Source: Vicugna vicugna
Lineage: Eukaryota
DNA length: 64,000 nucleotides
Assembly (NCBI GenBank): GCA_013265495.1
Contig: MU058584.1
Location: 5,794,407-5,858,406, forward strand
Direction of reading: 5' to 3'
In this document: piece by piece, positions 1 to 11,640 of the stretch
Layout: every line of letters begins with the position of its first letter
How positions within the stretch are numbered: position 1 is the first letter of the stretch
Notes under the pieces: generated by a model
What the model was told of the DNA's origin: nothing
Seen by the model: the letters and a program-made list of their open reading frames with translations, nothing else
Database searches by the model: none
Program-made: the position numbers and the translations under genes

Positions 1-81
1 TTGCAGCTGGAGCCACATGCAGAGGCAGTGAGGGCATGAACACAGTCCACGGTTCCTTTGCTAAGGGCTGACACTGCACAG
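1..81 (-). pseudogene. SELP: SELP CR3 (sushi)-like exon 7, frameshifted and probably decayed; truncated by window edge
   Basis: Acceptor tctctccag|CT GTG CAG TGT CAG gives AVQCQ. The sushi motif SKGTVDCVHALTASACGSSC continues in another frame. Only 26 nt lie between Cys1 and Cys2 codons versus 36 in the CR2 exon. Confidence 0.75.
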
Positions 82-658
82 CTGGAGAGAACCGAGGACA
101 GAAAGAAAGGTACTGAGGAAGGAAAAAACTATGCCCACAGCTGGAGAGCAATGGTGGAACAGCCTCTGGAAATCCAGGTGGAGCGAGAAATCTCTAAGGG
201 TACGGGACCTGAGCAATATTCATCCAGACTTAAGAGTACCAGTCCCCAGGGTGACCTGAATCTCTTTTTTAAAAACTCCCTCAAGCTGTTTCTAATGTCC
301 TCTATTCCCTTTACTGCTACCATCCTGGAAGGTCTTCGAGTGTCTAGATGCCACCTTTTCCCTCTTCTGTGAAATTTATGAATGAAGTCCTTCTGAAACT
401 GCTTGAGGGCAGTGAGTTTTCGGGAAAGAAGGACTTTTAAATTTTGTTTAAAATCAGTAGTAAAATCAGCCTCTTGTTTATCTAGAGCATGCCACTCTTC
501 CTTCCTTAGACGTACCCAGTCTAGCTGAGTGGTAGATAAAAGGAGAATCAACTTAGGGCGATTCAGGTGTTTCTCCATAAGCTGGTTAGTTTCATCTGTA
601 CTCTCAGCAAGAACCGGGTGCAGGGGACAGTCTACACCTGCAGCTGCCTGCAACTCAC

Positions 659-844
659 CTTTACACACTGGAGCTGGGGCTGTCCACATCCCTGAGGCTG
701 TGCACTGCACCACCTCTGGCCCAGCTAATGCAAATCCCTCTTCACAGCTGAAGCTGCAGCTGGACTGGTACTGGAATGCTTCTTCAGGGTGGAGGCAGGT
801 CATGCTTCCCTGCTCAGGAGTCTTCAGGGGTGGACACTGGACAG
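659..844 (-). CDS. SELP: P-selectin exon 6, sushi/CCP repeat CR2
   Basis: 186-nt phase 1-1 exon with ag/gtgagt boundaries; encodes AVQCPPLKTPEQGSMTCLHPEEAFQYQSSCSFSCEEGFALAGPEVVQCTASGMWTAPAPVCK. Confidence 0.95.
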
Positions 845-1327
845 CTAAAAACAACCACAGAGCAACAGCGTGAGACCTCGGGTTATGTCCAGCACCTTGG
901 GAGCCTTAGGATGCTGCAACAGCAGACAAGGTGATGAACTTGGTTGGTTAACTAGTACTTCTAGTGATTGGAATGATCCAAACACCCTTATTTTTCATTT
1001 ACTTTTTGAAGAAGCAAGGTAAAATAATCAGATAGGTGATATCCAGCCCTAAATCATTATTCTACTCTGTTCCCTTTGCAATTAACAAAGGGAGAGGAAT
1101 CCCTTTGTAATCCTTTTGCCTGAGAATCAAGAATTAAATTGACTACCTCATTCCACAGATACAAGATACCATGAAAATCAAACTTAGCCTTCCTCTGGTT
1201 GATGGGTAATTGTAATAACCACAATTTCCCGTCTAATGTAGACCCTCATTATTCCCTCTTTTTTAATGGAAGACGATTATCCTTCCCTCTGCAATTCTAG
1301 TTATCAGTAAGGATTGAGTCTACAGAC

Positions 1328-1513
1328 CTACACACTGTGGGGGCTTATTCGTCCAGATTCCAGAAGCCAAACATTCCAGCTCGCGAGGTCCCTTCAATGT
1401 GTAGCCTTCAGCACAGTGGAAACTGCACTGTGAGTTGAAAGAGAAGTTTCCCAGAGGGTGACTGCAGTTCTTGAGTACATGCTGAGGGAGTTCAAGTTCT
1501 CCGCACTCTTTGA
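1328..1513 (-). CDS. SELP: P-selectin exon 5, sushi/CCP repeat CR1
   Basis: 186-nt exon, cacag acceptor, gtctgt donor; encodes VKECGELELPQHVLKNCSHPLGNFSFNSQCSFHCAEGYTLKGPRELECLASGIWTNKPPQCV. Confidence 0.93.
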
Positions 1514-1950
1514 CTGTGGGGACAAAATATTGATTTCTTTCTTAGCTGATTCAAAGGCAATGGTCAGGTTTGCGGAAAGCTGAAACTGTTTGTATGATCC
1601 TCTGAACTGTATCTCACTAGGCTTCTCACGCAACCTGTCATCTTTACCTGGTTCCGTTGTATTGGCTGCGTTTGGAGAAATAATTATTCTTCCACTGTTT
1701 GTTTTTTTTTTCAAACAAGCAAAAGTAGCCTTTTACCTTTTGAGATTTTACGAGCAAACACTCCAAGAATAAAGTCTTTTAACGCAGAGTGTGTCTCAAA
1801 CAGTTTGAATGAGGCAGACTGACAGAGGGCATGGAGAGGGGCTAGGACTAGCCTTGACTCACTGGAGAGTCTCCAACGTGACTCACTCCGCTGCATCACC
1901 TCTAGCACAGACCAAGGACCACAATAACATTGACGAAATAGTGCCCTCAC

Positions 1951-2058
1951 CGTATTCACACTCTGGTCCGTAGAATCCAGGGTAGCAGGAGCAGGTGTAG
2001 TTCCCGATGGTCTCGATGCACTCTCCTTGCTTGCTGCAAGATGTGTCCTGGCAGGAGG
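1951..2058 (-). CDS. SELP: P-selectin exon 4, EGF-like domain
   Basis: 108-nt exon, ttgcag/gtgagg boundaries; encodes [36 protein letters not shown]. Confidence 0.96.
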
Positions 2059-3797
2059 CTGCAAGTATACAGTAGGGTCAGAATCCTGGGCAATCCCAAG
2101 AGATGTGAAGGAAAGCTGGATTCTTGCTCCAAGCCGCAAACTTAGCCCCACTTGGGTAAGATTGAGCTGGCTAGACAGAAGAAAACCCCAGCATCCTCTG
2201 CAGAGCCAGCGCGTTCTCTGTGAAGGGCACTGCAGGAGCCTGCTGGAGCACTGAGCACTTTCCACTCTCCACTGCATTTAGTGTTGCCTAAGGAGGGAGT
2301 GCCTCCTATGGACCCAGAGGGACAAATGCAGCCACCAACAGATGTTGAGACAGAGAAACTCCTCTTCGTGGCACAAATATGTTGTGGCTTTTTAAACCAA
2401 GAGCATTCATAGATTTGTATTATTACAGAAGCTTCTATGACAGATATTCCAGCATGGAGGTTAGGAACCCGACATGGGTAAGGAGGTCACACGTAGATGA
2501 TCAGAATCCACTCTCTGTTCCCCACTATTATATGACCTCAGGCAGGTTACTTCTTTGAGCCCAACCTGCCTAATGTTAGGGCCAAAGCCCTTCCACATTT
2601 TGTTTGTTTCAAATCTACCCTCAGCACCACGTGATGGAGATACAGAGGAGCTAAATAAGATGCTTAAGAGTTAATCATGATCAAGGACAAACAGCCTTTG
2701 GGTAGATGTGTCTCAGGTTTAAATATGACAGGGTTCGATGGTACAGAGCATGACTGACCCCTCAGTCCCTTCTCTGTGACACTTGGGTGACAGAACAGAG
2801 AAGGGCCAGGCTTTCTTTCCTGCAAGAGACTCTTTCCTGCAAGTAGGCACTATGCCCTTGGTGGCAGGTTAGTACTAGAATGGATACTGTGAAAGCACAG
2901 AGAATGGTTTTATTGATGAGGTCATAGTTGAGGGCTAGGTCTGTGGCCAAGCTGTTTTCTGGTGCTGTTTCCTGAGCCTGGCCACACACTGGTCCACACA
3001 CTGGGGTCATCACAGGAAGAAATTTGTATGTCATGTAGAGGGTAGTGCTAGGTCATCTCTGTGTTCTCTCTCAGCTCTGAGATGCTGTAAATCTATAAGC
3101 CATGCAAGGTTCTACAGCAGAAAGTTCCCATGGGTTTGGTGAAGCTGCACTGGGGCCCTGGGAAGGGTTCCAAGTAAAGAGAAGATGCAGGAGGCAGCAG
3201 TAGCTCCTAGATGGAGGTTTGGTCCACGTCTTCCATCCTGTTCACCTTGACCCACCAATGCCTTGCAGTAGCAGTACCTGCCTGCCCTATGCTCTTAGAA
3301 CATGGCTGTAGCTTCCTCAGGATCTCAGAACTCTAGGAATGCAAAGACAGACAATGTTTTGCATTGCAACTAATATTAAATGGACTAATGATGCATGAAC
3401 TAATCACAATTACTGATATTCCGTAGGCATTACAGCTGTGTCTCCTAGAGGCAAGGCCAAGTTCCCTCTCAGCTTATACTGTCTCTTATACTAGGGCACC
3501 GTGGTGCAAAAAAAGCTCTGGGCATAAATTTTAGGAGACTACAGCTTCCCGAGCTTCTATTTCATCAGTTGTAAATTAGAAGGGTGGACCAGATGATATT
3601 AAAATTTCCTTCTGGTTTCAAAAGGCCAGTTTTCTCTAATCCCGATCTTCTGTCCTTCAGGGTGCTCAGTAACGCTGCTCAATTGACAGTTTACTCTTGG
3701 TTTCAGGTCCCTGACTTTCGCGACTCAGGGGGCTATCTTAAGGACCGGGAAAGGCATTTTTGGAAGCAGGCGGATTTCAGAGAAGAGAAGTCCCTAC

Positions 3798-4181
3798 CTG
3801 TGTAGCACAGCGCCCGCTTTCTCTTCCAGCAGGGCTCGTCATTCCACTTGCCCGGGGCTGACACACTCTTGATGTAGATCTCCACACAGTCCTCATTGTT
3901 CTTGTTGTTGGGCTCATTGTCAGCCCAGTTCTCAGCCTCCTCGGTGAGCGTCTTTTTGGTTCCCACCCAGGTCCACTTATTGTTTATCTTTCGGATTCCA
4001 ATCCAGTAGTAAGAGCTGTAGTAAGGTATGGCGTCGTTGAGGTAAGCAATCTCATTTTTGTTCTGGATGGCCACTAAATCCGTGTAGAACGTCTGGCAGT
4101 AGGCCCGGGAGTAATTCCACGAATATGGTTTGACGCTGTAGTTGTAGGTCCACGCTGCCACTCCTTTCTGGTTCACTAGTT
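3798..4181 (-). CDS. SELP: P-selectin exon 3, C-type lectin domain
   Basis: 384-nt exon, cttag/gtaggg boundaries; encodes [16 protein letters not shown]...YWIGIRK...[39 protein letters not shown] with EPN and WND Ca2+ motifs. Confidence 0.97.
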
Positions 4182-5862
4182 CTAAGCAGAGGAGACAGAG
4201 GGCCAGGTTAGCATCTCTGGGGAGAAGGAGGCTGTGGGTATAAGTCTATTTTGATGTACTTATGATGAGTTTCCCTGGAAGACAAATACTGAGAACAGAC
4301 TTTTTTATGTCTAATCTAGTTGTTTTAAGGAAAAAGAGTGGTTTCCATCTTTCACTTAAAAGTCTATGTGACATCAGTATAGGAAAATGTCCCCTTCTGA
4401 GGATCCCTGGTGTTAAAGACTTGACATCGTAAGATCCCAGAGTTGAAAGAGACTTTAGAGATGGTCTAATCTTCTCCTTCTGTAACTGGAGGAGATCTAT
4501 GAGTAATGTGCCCAAGCCCACATTAAATGACGTGTAAAATGTCTTGATGGCTGCCTCGTATCTACAGATACTACCTCTTCACATGGAAAATAAAATGCCT
4601 GATGACCTGGAGCCTACCTGCTGACCCAGCCTCGTTACCCACCATGTTTACTTCTTTATCAAAACAGAACTCCCACTTCCATGCCTTTGCACGTGCTCTT
4701 CCTGCAATTCTGCCTGCCCTCCCCAGTTCCACCTGGTAAACTTTGTCCCCCTCCTTCCTATAACTTCCCCGGGTGGGCTCGGTGTTCCTGCTTCCAGGCT
4801 CCCACCGCACCCCGTGTCTGCCTCCACCTCCCCTACTGCCGTGTATTGTGACATCCATTCATATGATGTGGGCCACACCTGCTAGACTGTGCATCCTGGT
4901 GGGGGTCTCTTTTTACCACCAGATTCTTTACGCCAAGCATAGAGCTTAGCACTTAACAGGCATTCAGTGAACACTTGTGAAACACCTCAGGTCTGATTGG
5001 GAGGCTAATCAGATCTCCTGGTTTGCTGTCCGACATTCTTTCCACTGCTCTTGGCTGTTCCTCTTTGATAAATTACTTCCTTCATCTCTGCTTACTCACT
5101 TGTTAAAATTGGGCTTAACACAGGCCTTTAAAAAAATAGTTGTGATATATATCAAATGAAATAAAGAATGTGCCCTTCCAGAGAATCAAGTACACTAGGA
5201 TGCAAGGTATTGTTACTGTAGCCGGTGGGCGCTCACCCCCAGCCCGCAGAGGCCAGTTCCCATGCACAGAGGTGTACAGTGTAAGCCATCAGACCTGGAA
5301 GTGGCTCTTTCCTGTTTTTAAAGTCTTGCTCCTATTCACCCCTCTCCTTTGCTACCCGCACAAGGGTAGGTTGTTTTTATTTCTCCTCGTGGGCACTTCG
5401 ATGGCATTATTTTGCTGTTAAGACTTTTTCTGATCCCCCTGGGCCTGCGTTTTTGTTGGTGTGAACTTCAGGCAGTTTTGCCTTTGGAGTCCCCTTCGTC
5501 CTTCATTTTACAACTGTATTGCAATAAAAATGAACATATTAATAATATAGACTAAACCATGTTTTTTGACCAAGCAGAAAATGATTTTTAAAGAAATTAA
5601 ACATTTTTTTGTGGGTCCCTCAGAGTAAGGTGGGCCTGTGCCCAAGGAGCCTAAAGGATAAGATGGGTCTGGACAGATCTGTTTCTGTTCTCCATGAAGC
5701 TTTTTCTACCAATATCATGGTTTTGGACGCATTTTCCCTCCAGGAATCTGGGCTTGGACAGTTTTCCCGTGCCTCACAACTGGCTACCGTCCTTAACATC
5801 TCCCACTTGGAGAAGTTACCCTAATCACTGAGGGCCAGGTGAAGGGTTCACATAAAGTTTAC

Positions 5863-5953
5863 CAGTGATGAGGACACTGAAGCAAAGGAGTTGGACAGTT
5901 CTGAAGACCGCTCTCTGAAATCTCCAGTTCCAGATGGCTCTTAGGCAGCTGGC
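5863..5953 (-). CDS. SELP: P-selectin exon 2, signal peptide
   Basis: 91-nt exon, tttcag/gtaaac boundaries; encodes ASCLRAIWNWRFQRAVFRTVQLLCFSVLIT, like known P-selectin leaders; phase fits exon 3. Confidence 0.93.
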
Positions 5954-6183
5954 CTGAAATAAGAAAAGAAAACTTTTTTTTAGTATCTCTGTGCAAACAA
6001 TGTGGCCAAAAAATTTGAGTTAGTAATCATTATATTGAGTTATAATCCTGCCTGTTTCTGTTAGGGGATGGCTGAAGCCCTCTGCTCCCTTTTTGAATTC
6101 TCACTGATCTGTTGGTCCTGCCCTAGTTGGACACTGCACCAAGGCTGAGGACAGAATTCATTTCTTCACTCGTTCAACAAACA

Positions 6184-6317
6184 TTTTATTATTAATTTAT
6201 TTGGGGGGAGGGAAGTAATTCAGTTTATTTAATTTTTTAATGGAGATACTGGGGATTGAACCCAGGACCTCATGTATGCTAAGCACACACTCTACCACTG
6301 AGCTGTACCTAACCCCC
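6184..6317 (-). mobile_element. tRNA-derived SINE (camelid vic-1-like)
   Basis: Minus strand has A box (tacagctcagtggtagag), B box (ggttcaatccc) and an A-rich tail; inserted into an L2 tail. Confidence 0.85.
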
Positions 6318-9158
6318 TCAGCAAAACTTTATTGAGTAATTGCTTTGTGCCACTTGTATTTTTCTTTTATGACATATTTGGTAATATGCACATAAAAAAC
6401 TCCACTGTCATTATTTTCATGCAGTAATCTCCCTGTAAGAGCTGGGATGCCATACCCAGGAAAACTAGGAAGTCACGTGAAAACTCCCTGATCCACACAG
6501 TTGTCTGACCTACACTTTGATGCACAGAACATCAGCTAATTGTGCTGAGCTATGCTGTCTATTCTGCATTATTGCTCTGTGTTTTCTCTTCTTGCTTTAC
6601 CACTTCCCCGTGTATCTATAATACTATTCAATGCTTAATATATGTGTATGAATATTTACATGTAATATTCATTCATATATGTATAGTAAACTTATTCCCC
6701 TTAGATCTATAGCAAGTATGATTTCTCATGAGCTCCCTTCTGCTGGGATTACATCAAATCTGTTAACATTTTTCAAGTAGTTTTAGACAAGTAAGTTCTC
6801 AAAATGCTCATCCAACTCCCTCATGTTACATATGAAAATACTGAAGTTTGGAGAGTCTTAAAATACATATTCCAAAGGACAGAAGCAGAGTCTGACTTTG
6901 AAACAAAAGCTTTTTCCCCCTTTACTATTTTGCCTTCATACCTCGGCTTCCAAATCCATCCTGCATTGTTGTTGTAGATGATAGAGTGTGTGACACACCC
7001 AAGCTTAGCTGACCCATCTGTGTCCCTCCAGAGCCACCAACATAACCACCAACATTAAAATAGTGCATTTGCTTTATAACTGAAGCTTTGTTACTCTTCC
7101 AGCCAAACTGCTACCCCAAGCCCCTCCTATATAGAAATTCTCAATTGCCAGAGACCAGGCTCCAGTGATGGATGATGTAGGGTAGATGGGGTGGTGGTGG
7201 TGATGGTGGTTGTGATAGTGTATGTGTGCGCAGTGCACATGCCCTATTGACTACAGCTTGACCAGATAGTGAAGTGGAGATAACTCAAATCAGTGCATGA
7301 CTCCTAGACAGTGGGGTTATCTTTGTGCAAGAAGCCTGGCACTTTTCCATCCAAGAGTTTCTGAATATTGGCTTGGATAAGTAAACATATTTTGTGTTCT
7401 TATGAATTAGGACACTAATCAACTGGCCTCCGCAGGACCTATGGTCAGACACTGAGGCTATCATGTCATGATTGATGGTGCTGTTGATTTGCACAGGAAA
7501 TGTAGTGATAATCTCTTAGTGGGAGCTTAATTCCGCTGAATCCTCTCTGGATTGTATTGTGTCACCAGCTATTATTAGCACCACATTTCTATTCAATACC
7601 CCAAAAGTACCATACCAGGTTCTATAGCAGAAATCTTTAAATCAGGATAAGCCTGGCTTCCCAAGGGGTAAACAAGCAAGGAGAATTTAAGTAAATCTGT
7701 GTTCAGATTCCCAACTCCACCATGTACACTTTCCTAAAGCCAGTCTGCTTAAGAATATATCTTTCTCTCATTTTACAAAAGAAATCACACCTTTTACTAA
7801 TCTGACTCTTATTTATTATGGGGTCTTGCCCCCTTATGTAATAAACATTGGTGTGCCAAACAGAGACCATCCAAAATATTGGTTTAGATCTTGAGAACTT
7901 GAATGTTCCAATGGTATTGTGACAAATCCTTTCAAGCCCAGTGGTTTCTACTTCTCTTCTTTCATCAACTTTGATGGAGACCCAATTAAGCTGTCAGTTG
8001 CTGGACTATTGCCTAAACGTTGATAATAAATCATTCTGTACTTTAGGGCATGTAACTTGAAAGGAGTTCAAAGAATTGAGAGATAATGCTCTAATAAGCT
8101 TCCATTCCAATTTATTTATTCATATGAATTAAGTTCCTCAGTGTTTAAATCCTCCAAAATGAAATTCAGGGATAGAATTGATGTTGAACTTGCTTGATTG
8201 TATCAATAAATAATACTCATACAAGTTACATGAGTAGGGAAAGAGCCCTTCCTCTTATATAGAGTTGCATCTTAAGTAGCATTTTAAATATGAAAGTTTA
8301 AGTTTCTTATCAAAATTGTTTGTAGTATGTTTAGGCTATTTTATTTAATTGTGTATTAAAAGTAATTTTTATGTTAACTAAATCAATAATGAAAAATTAT
8401 AACACATAGAGATTTATGGTTTCAGAAAATTGAATCTTACATTCCAGTCTATTATGTTTTTATTTTTGTAAAGAAGTGTGATATAGTTACCAAGATAAGA
8501 TTTTAAGCTTAAAAATATTGGGCTAAAATTCTGTAGAGGAAGTGAAATAGAAATATGTATTAAAGAAGAGAAAATAAAACTTCCTATTTTTAAGGGACTA
8601 GTTTGTTTTTTTTAAGTGATAAGGGTTAGCATGTTGATTGGATCACTATGTTATTTAATCCCATTGAATAAACTTTAGGAAATATTGTAACATTGATTTA
8701 TCGCAAAAGGCCAATTTTTACAATGGACTGGAAAATCCCATCTTTTGTTACTCTAAAAACTTTCTAGCTCTCCACTTACAGGTTATGTAATTTTCCAGAA
8801 TATTTTTTCAGGTACAGAAGCAAAAATATTGGGGCTGAGGAGCACAATAATCTACCCTTCATATACGGGACCCCAGTATTTGCCTTCAAACCTGGGCTGG
8901 GTTTCTTCTCAGATCAACTGGGAGAGGATCGCAGTGTTTTTAGCTATTGGTGTTCTCCCTGTGCCCTTAGAAGTGGCTTTCGTCCTGCACAGAGTATTCC
9001 TAGGGGTTTCTCTGGCTGTAGGGCCAGCTCAAGGAAGTGTGTTGGGACCGTGAAGAGGTGAGACTCCGAATCCCCTATCCCCATTCCCAACTCCACCCAC
9101 CCACGTCCCAACAGGCCTGTTTTATGTTTTAACTTGCTTGTTTGTGTAAACTTTTAAA

Positions 9159-9300
9159 AAACTATTTTATTTTATTTTTTGGTGGGGGGAGGTAATTTGG
9201 CCTATTTGTTTATTCTTAGAGGAGGTGCTGGGGATTGAACCCAGGACCCTGTGCATGCTAAGCATGCACTCTGCCTCTTGAGCTACACCCTTCTCCCCCA
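9159..9300 (-). mobile_element. tRNA-derived SINE (vic-1-like) with 16-bp target-site duplication
   Basis: A and B boxes; TSD tgtgtaaacttttaaa at 9143-9158 and 9301-9316. Confidence 0.9.
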
Positions 9301-10879
9301 TGTGTAAACTTTTAAATATGGTTTGGGTGAAACAAAATTGAGAAAGAGAGACAAGGGGGGTTGTGGAGAGAAAGAGAGAAGGCAAACTGTTTTTTTTTTT
9401 AACAGTTTAAAGTGTTAGAGGACCTATAGGTGCTTCTGATCAAGGTACAACATCAAATTAAAGGAAAATGCTAAGTCACTGTGTGTCCCTGCTTAAATCT
9501 GACCGTACTTAACTGTTTTTTTAGAATCACCAAATACCGAGAATCACCTCTCCTAGAATATTTGCGAGCTGTAGGATTACTACCAAATCAATGGAGCATT
9601 TCCCTAGCATTCTTCAGCAGGTCTTTTGGACCGTGAATGCTCAGGATTACTCTCCATCACTGAGACTCAGTGAGTTCATCTGAGTTGCCAAACTTGCTCA
9701 CCAGAATGTATGTCAGATTAACACAGTGATTCTTATTCTCATAGGACTCATGAACTTCTCTGAAAGTCTGATAAAAGCCATAGTCAGGATTCTTCAAAAA
9801 ATGCACACTTGAAAATGCGTAGACAATTTCCGTGTTTAATGGACCCCAAAAGTTCAAATCTCTGTGTTAACTGTAACATGTTGACAACTGACAAGGGTTT
9901 TGTGTGTGAATGTGGAAGACGGATGATGCTTCAAAATCTTCCTCCAAGTAATCATTTTCCTTGGAAACTTCCTTGAGGTGGGTAAGCTTTGTCACGTCTG
10001 CTCTTGATCTCAGTGTTGTCCTAAGGACAGGACAGTGCTGGATCTAGGATGCTGAAGAGTTAAGGACTCTGTCCTTGTGTTTGTTACTAAGCAAGTTAAA
10101 TGCTGACCCAAGAGGAAATGCCTCTTTAGGAAAAGCAGCCACGTGCTCTGCTATTCTTTAATGTTCTCTGGCAGCTGGCTTCAAACTGAAAGTCACTGGG
10201 AAGAAGTCTGAGACCGGGCCATTAGAATAACATCCTGCACCTCTATAAACCTTCATTAAGGCTGCTTTGCACCGTGGTTATCTTTCATTTTACTTTCCAA
10301 GAAACTAACAGTGATTGTAGGATGAAGAGAGGGTAGAGAGAAAGTAGGAGGAGCAAGTGTTTTTCCCTCCACGTTACTTTGCATAGAAAGAGATAGTAGA
10401 TGCCAGCAGGGATCCTCTGGCTGCCAGCATCCTAGGTGGCTTACAAAGCTGGCAGGAATAGGACCACAGAAAGGAGATTCTGTTCTCCTGGGTATGTTGT
10501 AGACCACAGCTTTGCACATTTAGAGGCAGAACCTACAATGTGCCTCCCTAGACCCTCTGTCTTCTGCTTAGCCCTGTCTGAGTTCTCTCCTTCCTCTCCA
10601 GTTCAGTTTTCTTAACTTGCTTGCCCCTATTTCCTCTCCAGCCACTGTTCCTTAGTTAACCCTGCCCCTACCACAATTCTAAAGTGCATTTATAACAAAA
10701 CATCTTGTAATTTCCAGAATGCTCTGTATCTTCCCTATGTTCTTCTTATGCCCAGAGCACCTCTCCTTCTATGGGTGCTTAGCTCATGAGTCCAAAAATC
10801 TCTTCCTCCTCAGAGCCTTCCCTATAACCAGTCCCTTCTCCCCCACTCCAAGAGAGGTGCACCCTTGTTATCACCTGCA

Positions 10880-11640
10880 TTCTTTCCCATTACTTATTTG
10901 CATAACTATTGATTTATTAAGTGTCTACCATGTGTCAGACACTGTTCTAGGTATTGGCATTAAAATGATAAAAGCAGACACAATTCCTGTCCTCATGAGA
11001 TGTTCATTCTATGGAAAACAGACAATGAAACAAACACCAATAAATACACAGCAGTACTGAACAAGTAAACATCAAAAAATAGAAGACAGTGATAAGTGCT
11101 AGGCAGAGAATTAAAGCCGGGTGATGTGATAGAGTGACATAAGACATTCTATAGATAAACATGTCCATCAGAGGAGACCCCTCTAAGGAGGTGACATTCA
11201 AGCTGAGAGCAGATGGCCAGAGGAAACTAGCCAGTAAGAAGCAGGAGCAAGGGGGAAGGGTATAGCTCAGTGGGAGAGCGCGTGCTTAGCATGCACAAGG
11301 TCCTGGGTTCAATCCTCAGTACTTCCATTAAAGATAAATAACTAAATAAAAATTAAAAAAGAAAAAAGAAGCAGGAGGATGAGCATTAAAGACAGAAGGA
11401 AACACTAATGTGAAGGCTTTAAGGTGGAGGAAAGTGTGGAGTGTTCAAAGAACACGAAGATATCAGTGTGGCTGGAAAAGAATGAGCGAGGGGAAGAAGA
11501 GTGTGAGTAAAGCTGGTGACAGACCACTCTGGGCTTTGGGAACCAAAGTAAGGAGGTGAGACTGTCATAAGTGCAATAAGAAGTGGGGCAGCAAGAGGAC
11601 TTTAAGAGAGGTAGTGATGTGGTCTGACTAACGCTGAAAA
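10880..11640 (-). mobile_element. L2 LINE 3' fragment, interrupted by a SINE
   Basis: L2-type antisense tail (tttattaagtgtctaccatgtgtcagacactgttctagg) and downstream L2-like motifs; boundaries approximate. Confidence 0.65.
11248..11365 (+). mobile_element. tRNA-derived SINE (vic-1-like, short form) with 12-bp TSD
   Basis: gggtatagctcagtgggagagcgcgtgcttagcatgcacaaggtcctgggttcaatcc plus A-rich tail; TSD aagaagcaggag at 11236-11247 and 11366-11377. Confidence 0.9.

Noticed and set aside
1711..2277. 188-aa minus-strand ORF
   Set aside because: Overlaps the SELP EGF exon in a different frame; no recognisable domain.
7625..8800. AT-rich block resembling an old hAT DNA transposon
   Set aside because: Could not identify terminal repeats or a family with confidence.
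11251..11325. tRNA-like sequence (also at about 6245-6317, 9225-9300 and 16479-16545)
   Set aside because: A and B boxes are followed by A-rich tails and flanked by TSDs, and the acceptor stems do not pair. These are SINE heads, not tRNA genes.
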